A stretch of 63,363 nucleotides of DNA from an uncultured Bacteroidales bacterium (GTDB lineage Bacteria > Bacteroidota > Bacteroidia > Bacteroidales > UBA7960), in assembly GCA_964463915.1 (NCBI GenBank), contig CAYXEH010000009.1, positions 1-63,363 of the forward strand, read 5' to 3'. Position numbers and translations under genes: made by a program. Shown here in pieces: positions 58,274 through 63,363 of the stretch (its first letter is position 1; each line of letters opens with the position of its first letter). The notes below the pieces were generated by a model, which worked only from the letters and a program-made list of their open reading frames with translations, did not search any database and was not told the origin of the DNA.

Positions 58274-59242
58274 ATGAAGAAAGTTTTGGGTATTGGCAAT
58301 GCATTGATAGATACCCTGGTGAAACTGGAGGATGATCAATTCCTCGAAGAGATGAAGCTTCCCAAGGGCAGTATGCAACTAGTCAGCCAGGATGATATTA
58401 TAGAGATTGAAAGCAAATGTGAAGGCCTTGCGAAATCAATGTCGGGTGGAGGGTCTGCTGCAAATACCATTCACGGGCTTGCAGGCCTGGGTGTTGAAAC
58501 TGCCTTTATCGGAAAGGTCGGAAAAGATGAACTTGGAGATCTTTTTGCTGATGACCTGTACGCCAATAACATCCGTCCTTTCCTGTTGCAGGGAAAAAGC
58601 CACAGCGGACACGCCCTGGCTTTTGTGACTGCTGATTCGGAAAGAACATTTACCACCTACCTGGGGGCTGCCCTTGAGCTATGCCCGGAAGATCTTCAGG
58701 ATCATTTTTTTGAAGGATTTGATTATTTGCATGTAGAAGGCTACTTGTTGCAGAACCATTCGTTGCTGAAGACGATTCTTACACAAGCCCGCAAGAGTGG
58801 CCTGAAAGTCTCCCTGGATCTTGCGAGTTTCAACGTGGTGGAGGAGAATTTAGATGTATTGACAGAATGGGTGCGTGATTACGTGGATATTCTTTTTGCC
58901 AACGAGGAAGAGGCCAAAGCATTTACCGGGAAAGAACCTGAGCAGGCGCTGGAGGAAATGGCAGAAGTGTGTGAAGTGGCTGTGGTAAAAACAGGCAAAA
59001 ATGGATCTTTGGTCAGGGCTGGCAGCGAGGTATACCGGATACCTGCGATTTATGCCCTGGTGTTGGATACAACAGGTGCGGGTGATGCCTATGCAGCCGG
59101 CTTCCTTTACGGGCTGGCCGGTGACCGCCCCCTGGAAGAGTGCGGGCGTATCGCCTCCCTGATGGCCGGAAAGGTCATTGAAGGGATGGGAGCAAAGATC
59201 AGCCTGGACGGATGGGAGGAAATCCGTAAAGAGTTAGCTTAA
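58274..59242 (+). CDS. PfkB-family kinase, adenosine kinase-like
   Basis: GNALID...LPKGSMQL, GGSAANT, ERTFTTYLGA, EGY, FANEEEA, DTTGAGDAYAAG. Confidence 0.82.
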   Translation: MKKVLGIGNALIDTLVKLEDDQFLEEMKLPKGSMQLVSQDDIIEIESKCEGLAKSMSGGGSAANTIHGLAGLGVETAFIGKVGKDELGDLFADDLYANNIRPFLLQGKSHSGHALAFVTADSERTFTTYLGAALELCPEDLQDHFFEGFDYLHVEGYLLQNHSLLKTILTQARKSGLKVSLDLASFNVVEENLDVLTEWVRDYVDILFANEEEAKAFTGKEPEQALEEMAEVCEVAVVKTGKNGSLVRAGSEVYRIPAIYALVLDTTGAGDAYAAGFLYGLAGDRPLEECGRIASLMAGKVIEGMGAKISLDGWEEIRKELA

Positions 59243-59251
59243 ACCAGCCGG

Positions 59252-60061
59252 ATGATGCGGACATTGCTTTTCTTAATGATGGTTTTGATCTCTTTTCCCG
59301 GCAGCGGGGTTCAGGATCCGACTGTCATTTCCCTGTCTCCCTCGGTGACAAAGATGATCTATGAGGTGGAAGGGTCCGCACAATTGCTTGGATATACCAA
59401 TTACTGTGACAGGGTGCTGGCAGATGACAAAGCCATTGTAGCCTCACAGATGAATGTCAATGCAGAGAAAATACTGTCACTGGATCCGGATGTTGTAATA
59501 ACCACCAGCCTGACCGCCGAACGCTCGGTCAGGGCATTGACTGCACTGGGGATAGAGGTCGTTGTACTGGAAATGCCCGGGTCATTCGGGGCCCTGTGTG
59601 ATCAGCTGGTTGATGTAGGGGAGTTGGTCGGAAGAAAGAATGAAGCAAACGGAATTGTCCGGGCCCAGAAAACCCGCCTTGCGCGGTTGCAGCAGAAAGT
59701 CCCTGATGACGAGCACCCCCTGATATTCATGCAGTTGGGGGCCAACCCCCTCTTCTCTGTGGTTCCGGATACCTTTCTGAATGATTATATTGAACTGGCA
59801 GGGGGGGAGAATATTGCTGCCGGGATGACGCATGGCAGTATCACCCGTGAAAGCGTGCTGGCAAAGGATCCGGAGGCGATCTTCATTGTGATGCGGGGAG
59901 CCGCCGGGGAAGAGGAAAAAGCCAACTGGCTGGCCTATCCTGGGCTGTCTGCCGCAGAAAACGGCAAAATCTTTTTGCTCGATGAAGACAATACAGCCAG
60001 CCCCACTCCTGAAATTTTCCTGGATATTCTTGAAGAGATCATTGAACGGATATATTATTAA
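59252..60061 (+). CDS. Helical-backbone ABC substrate-binding protein (BtuF/siderophore type)
   Basis: VISLSPSVT, TNYCD, EKILSLDPDVV, IELAGGENI. Confidence 0.8.
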   Translation: MMRTLLFLMMVLISFPGSGVQDPTVISLSPSVTKMIYEVEGSAQLLGYTNYCDRVLADDKAIVASQMNVNAEKILSLDPDVVITTSLTAERSVRALTALGIEVVVLEMPGSFGALCDQLVDVGELVGRKNEANGIVRAQKTRLARLQQKVPDDEHPLIFMQLGANPLFSVVPDTFLNDYIELAGGENIAAGMTHGSITRESVLAKDPEAIFIVMRGAAGEEEKANWLAYPGLSAAENGKIFLLDEDNTASPTPEIFLDILEEIIERIYY

Positions 60062-60131
60062 TTTTATGATCCGGCTCATGACCCTACGGGTTGCAGGTCC
60101 GGTGACCAAGGTTTAACCATTTAATGATACC

Positions 60132-61172
60132 ATGAACACCCCCTCAGGAAGCGCATCCAGGCAAAAAAAGCTTTTCCGGTGGGGGATATCCCTGCTTTCA
60201 CTGATCGTATTAACAGTGGTGGCCTTTGTGCTGGGGATATCTGCCGGTGAACTGAATATTTCTGTATGGGATATACCACGTATCCTGGCAGAAAAGGAAG
60301 GTGTTGAGTACGTGGTACTGACCCGGATACGGCTGCCCCGTATCATCCTTGCCATAGCGGCCGGCGGAGGTCTCAGCCTCTCGGGAGCTGTGCTTCAGGG
60401 TGTTTACCGAAACCCGCTGGTGGAACCATTTACCCTTGGTATATCTGGGGGAGCAGCTTTGGGGGTCGCATTCGCCATTGTGTTTACCCTACCTGCGGTT
60501 CTTGGTGCTTATGCCCTTCCGGTGGCAGGATTTTCCGGTGCGTTGCTTGCCATTGTTTTTGTATATGTGTTAGGTGCAAGATTCGGGCAGGCCAATGTCA
60601 ATAACATGTTGTTGATCGGGGTCATGGTAAGTTTCGTCTCTTCATCTGTCATGATGTTGATGATGTCGCTTGCCACAGCCCGGAATCTTCACAGCATAAT
60701 TTTCTGGATGATGGGCTCACTCGATGAACCAAACTCCACACTGATCCGGCTTACCCTGGTTGTATCAGTCAGCTCCCTTGTACTCGCCAGCTTTTTTTCC
60801 CGGCCCCTGAACGCTTTACGTCTCGGGGAGGAGAATGCCTGGCACCTGGGGATCAATACAGGATTGACAATCCGGATAATGTTTCTGCTGGCTTCCCTCG
60901 TGGCCGGCGTGTGTGTGGCTTCTACCGGGGTAATAGGCTTTGTAGGGCTGGTGATTCCTCACCTGGTAAGGATACTGGCCGGATCCGATTACCGCATCCT
61001 GCTACCGGCTTCTTTTCTGGGAGGAGGGGTCTTTCTGATCATCTGCGATGCCATTGCACGGACCATTATTGCGCCGAATGAACTGCCTATCGGGGTTATT
61101 ACGGGTATCGCCGGCGGAATTATGTTTATTGTTTTTCTAAGCCGTTCAAAAACAACACTGAAAGTCAATTAA
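60132..61172 (+). CDS. FecCD/BtuC-family permease
   Basis: IRLPRI, RNPLVEP, WMMGS, LGEENAWHLG, GFVGLVIPH, ELPIG. Confidence 0.9.
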   Translation: MNTPSGSASRQKKLFRWGISLLSLIVLTVVAFVLGISAGELNISVWDIPRILAEKEGVEYVVLTRIRLPRIILAIAAGGGLSLSGAVLQGVYRNPLVEPFTLGISGGAALGVAFAIVFTLPAVLGAYALPVAGFSGALLAIVFVYVLGARFGQANVNNMLLIGVMVSFVSSSVMMLMMSLATARNLHSIIFWMMGSLDEPNSTLIRLTLVVSVSSLVLASFFSRPLNALRLGEENAWHLGINTGLTIRIMFLLASLVAGVCVASTGVIGFVGLVIPHLVRILAGSDYRILLPASFLGGGVFLIICDAIARTIIAPNELPIGVITGIAGGIMFIVFLSRSKTTLKVN

Positions 61173-61174
61173 CC

Positions 61175-62026
61175 ATGTCCGGAGTATTAACGGTTCGTGA
61201 TTTTTCCTGCGGGTACAGTGATAAGTTTGTACTCCGCGATGTTAACATCCAGGCTGGCCAGGGTGAAATATCAGGAATTATTGGTCCAAACGGTTCTGGT
61301 AAAACAACGCTTTTCCGGGGAATAACCGGTGAGCTGCAGGCAAAGAGCGGGGAGGTGTTGCTTAACGGCAGGAATATCGGTCAGATGTCTTACAATGAAA
61401 GGGCTCGCTCAATGGCGGTGGTTGCACAACACATCTATGCCACAGATGTGACGGTTGAGGAGTATGTGCTGATGGGAAGGCTTCCACACCGGAAGCAATT
61501 TCAATTGTTCGAAACCAAGGAAGATTATGAGATTGCCCATCATTACATGCAGCTGACCAATGTGTATGGCTTGCGCAATAAATTAATGTCGAAAACCAGC
61601 GGGGGCGAGCAGCAACTGGCCAACATTGCACGGGCCCTGACCCAGCAGCCGGAGCTGTTGCTCCTGGATGAACCCACCTCTCACCTGGATATTACCCACC
61701 AGGTACAGATCCTGAACCTTATCCAGAAGCTGAATGAGGAGATGAAGCTTTCCGTACTGATGATCATTCATGATTTGAACCTGGCCGGAGAATACTGTGA
61801 TTACCTGGTCATGCTGAAAGATGGCCAACCCTTTAAACAAGGATTGCCTGACGAGGTCCTGAATTACCGGGTGATAGAGGAAGGATATAAAACGGTGGTA
61901 GTCGTGCAGCCGAATCCTGTGTCTCATAAACCTGCCGTATTCCTTGTGTCTGATAAAATCCTCAAGGGGAAAAAACAGGAGAACCGGCAGGGAGATAGTC
62001 CGGATCAGTCAGGGGAAAATATCTAA
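61175..62026 (+). CDS. FecE/BtuD-family ABC ATPase
   Basis: GPNGSGKTT, GRLPH, SGGEQQ, LLLDEPTSHLD, HDLNLA. Confidence 0.9.
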   Translation: MSGVLTVRDFSCGYSDKFVLRDVNIQAGQGEISGIIGPNGSGKTTLFRGITGELQAKSGEVLLNGRNIGQMSYNERARSMAVVAQHIYATDVTVEEYVLMGRLPHRKQFQLFETKEDYEIAHHYMQLTNVYGLRNKLMSKTSGGEQQLANIARALTQQPELLLLDEPTSHLDITHQVQILNLIQKLNEEMKLSVLMIIHDLNLAGEYCDYLVMLKDGQPFKQGLPDEVLNYRVIEEGYKTVVVVQPNPVSHKPAVFLVSDKILKGKKQENRQGDSPDQSGENI

Positions 62027-62037
62027 CAGGGGCCTGC

Positions 62038-62538
62038 TCATGGAAATATCTCTGACAGGGTATCGCGAAGGTGCGGAAACATCTTGCAAACATCTTCAGT
62101 TTTAAATAGCTCAAAGTCCCTGAACTCAAATCCGGGTGATACCATGGTGCTGACCAGGGTAAACCCGCTTTTTTCGCTGGGGCGGGCTCCGAAAATCATA
62201 TCCGCGGGCACCGGTAATTGTGGAGATTCACCTTTCTCCGGGTTGAGCCCGAGCCTTTTGACCACATGACTTCCCCTTTCGTCAACCAGGTGCATTTCCA
62301 GTGGCGAACCATAATGAAAAAACCACACTTCATCCGACCTGAGCTTATGCAGTTGGGACACCTGCCCCGCTTTGAGCAGAAAATAGATGGTAGAAGATAG
62401 TTTTCTGTTTCCTTCAAAACCCGGTGGCAAACAGATATTGTCAACTGCAATGGGGTTCTGGTAGATTTCTTTATAATATCCTCCTTCCGGGTGAGGTTCC
62501 ATGCGGAGCTTTTCCACAAAATAGTCGGCTGTCAGCAT
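62038..62538 (-). CDS. Cupin superfamily protein (DUF985/Cupin_5)
   Basis: PHPEGGYY, IYFLL, H..RSDEVW, VSPGFEFRDFEL. Confidence 0.88.
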   Translation of the reverse strand: MLTADYFVEKLRMEPHPEGGYYKEIYQNPIAVDNICLPPGFEGNRKLSSTIYFLLKAGQVSQLHKLRSDEVWFFHYGSPLEMHLVDERGSHVVKRLGLNPEKGESPQLPVPADMIFGARPSEKSGFTLVSTMVSPGFEFRDFELFKTEDVCKMFPHLRDTLSEIFP

Positions 62539-62818
62539 TATTGCATGTTTAGTATCTGCAGGATAAAGGTAAATAAGAATCGACTCCGGTCCAACCGCTG
62601 ATGGTGCTTTTTAATCCTGCGGCATGTAACGAAGTCCGGTGTGTGGAGCTTTCAGAAGGTTTCCGCATTTAGCTACAGTCTATTTTTGATGAGGGTGAAT
62701 TGCTTCACAGTGCAACTTATGACCTTTCGGAACTACTGTAAAAAAACATGCCCGCCGGCAGCGGCCAGCGGACATGAACCAACACAAAACAGACGGGCAT
62801 TTAGCCCCGAAAAAGCTT

Positions 62819-63139
62819 TTATCTGACTGCCAGAGTGATACCAGAGAATTTGAAAGCAATTCTTTCGGGTTTGCGCAACTCAAAGGGCAGTGGTTCTTCA
62901 ATCTCCGGCTTGAAATAAAGAGAGAGGTCCAGGGGTTCATTGGCTGCTTCGAAACGTTTGCGTAAACGGTAGGCTTCTACTGTGAAAGGAACAGCATCCG
63001 GTACAACTTCTGTTTTAACTGGTTGGATGAGGATTTCTCCATTGGGGCCCTTAAAGGTGAGGAATTCCTGGTTTTCCTGGGCAAATACGAAGGAGAAACT
63101 CAGCAACATGGCGGCGGTGATGATCATTCTTGTTTTCAT
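62819..63139 (-). CDS. Small exported hypothetical protein
   Basis: MKT + signal peptide (VFA-Q); two E..(D/E).(V/L)PF motifs. Confidence 0.65.
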   Translation of the reverse strand: MKTRMIITAAMLLSFSFVFAQENQEFLTFKGPNGEILIQPVKTEVVPDAVPFTVEAYRLRKRFEAANEPLDLSLYFKPEIEEPLPFELRKPERIAFKFSGITLAVR

Positions 63140-63363
63140 GACGATGGGGTTTTATCGGTTAATTTTTCAGGTCTCAGTTGAACTCAACCAAATACGAACC
63201 ATATTTGTGCCAATAATTATAACAAGCTGAAAATAAAAAGGTTAGACTGGTTTAAGCCAAAAGGTAAAAACGCAAAAAAGTGTCCGTCAACGAACACTTT
63301 GTATTCGCTAACGGACGCTCTTTCAGTTACCTATGTAAATACTGATACTATATCGTCATTCTG

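Noticed and set aside
1-63363. CRISPR arrays, tRNA/rRNA genes, prophage or defence systems
   Set aside because: No regularly spaced repeats, RNA gene signatures, integrases or nuclease/defence motifs seen; nearly all sequence is explained by the listed CDSs.

Overview
Chromosomal segment of a Bacteroidota bacterium, probably Bacteroidales/Marinilabiliales-like. This is inferred from TAnnTTTG promoters, a fused E1 alpha/beta dehydrogenase, S46 peptidases and a GH3 gene. A salt-adapted lifestyle is suggested by an OpuA betaine transporter and very acidic exported proteins. The left half is mostly housekeeping (thrS-infC-rpmI-rplT, photolyase, nnr, rlmN, PgpH-like HD protein) with a few odd accessory genes: a secreted 26-aa YD-repeat protein, two stand-alone LytTR genes and a soluble double-Cache protein. 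The most notable region is a ~24 kb cluster (30.7-55.0 kb) that looks like a protein/peptide or metalloprotein uptake-and-degradation locus. It encodes an OM barrel, two S46 peptidases, an ABC module, a non-SusC TonB-dependent receptor with a DUF4876-like lipoprotein and a second barrel, an OmpR-type two-component system, an M16 peptidase and an S9 peptidase. In the ABC module a 792-bp block (permease plus the first TM helix of a DUF4857-like protein) occurs twice, identical by eye, in front of two diverged periplasmic subunits that share one atypical ATPase; a 14-codon relic of a second ATPase remains. A TTAACA-N5-TTAACA box precedes all three forward units of the cluster, twice at exactly the same distance from a TAnnTTTG promoter. 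The right end carries an ahcY-metK-adenosine kinase-BtuFCD-like operon. No rRNA, tRNA, CRISPR array or intact mobile element was seen. All family names come from motif recognition, not database searches.
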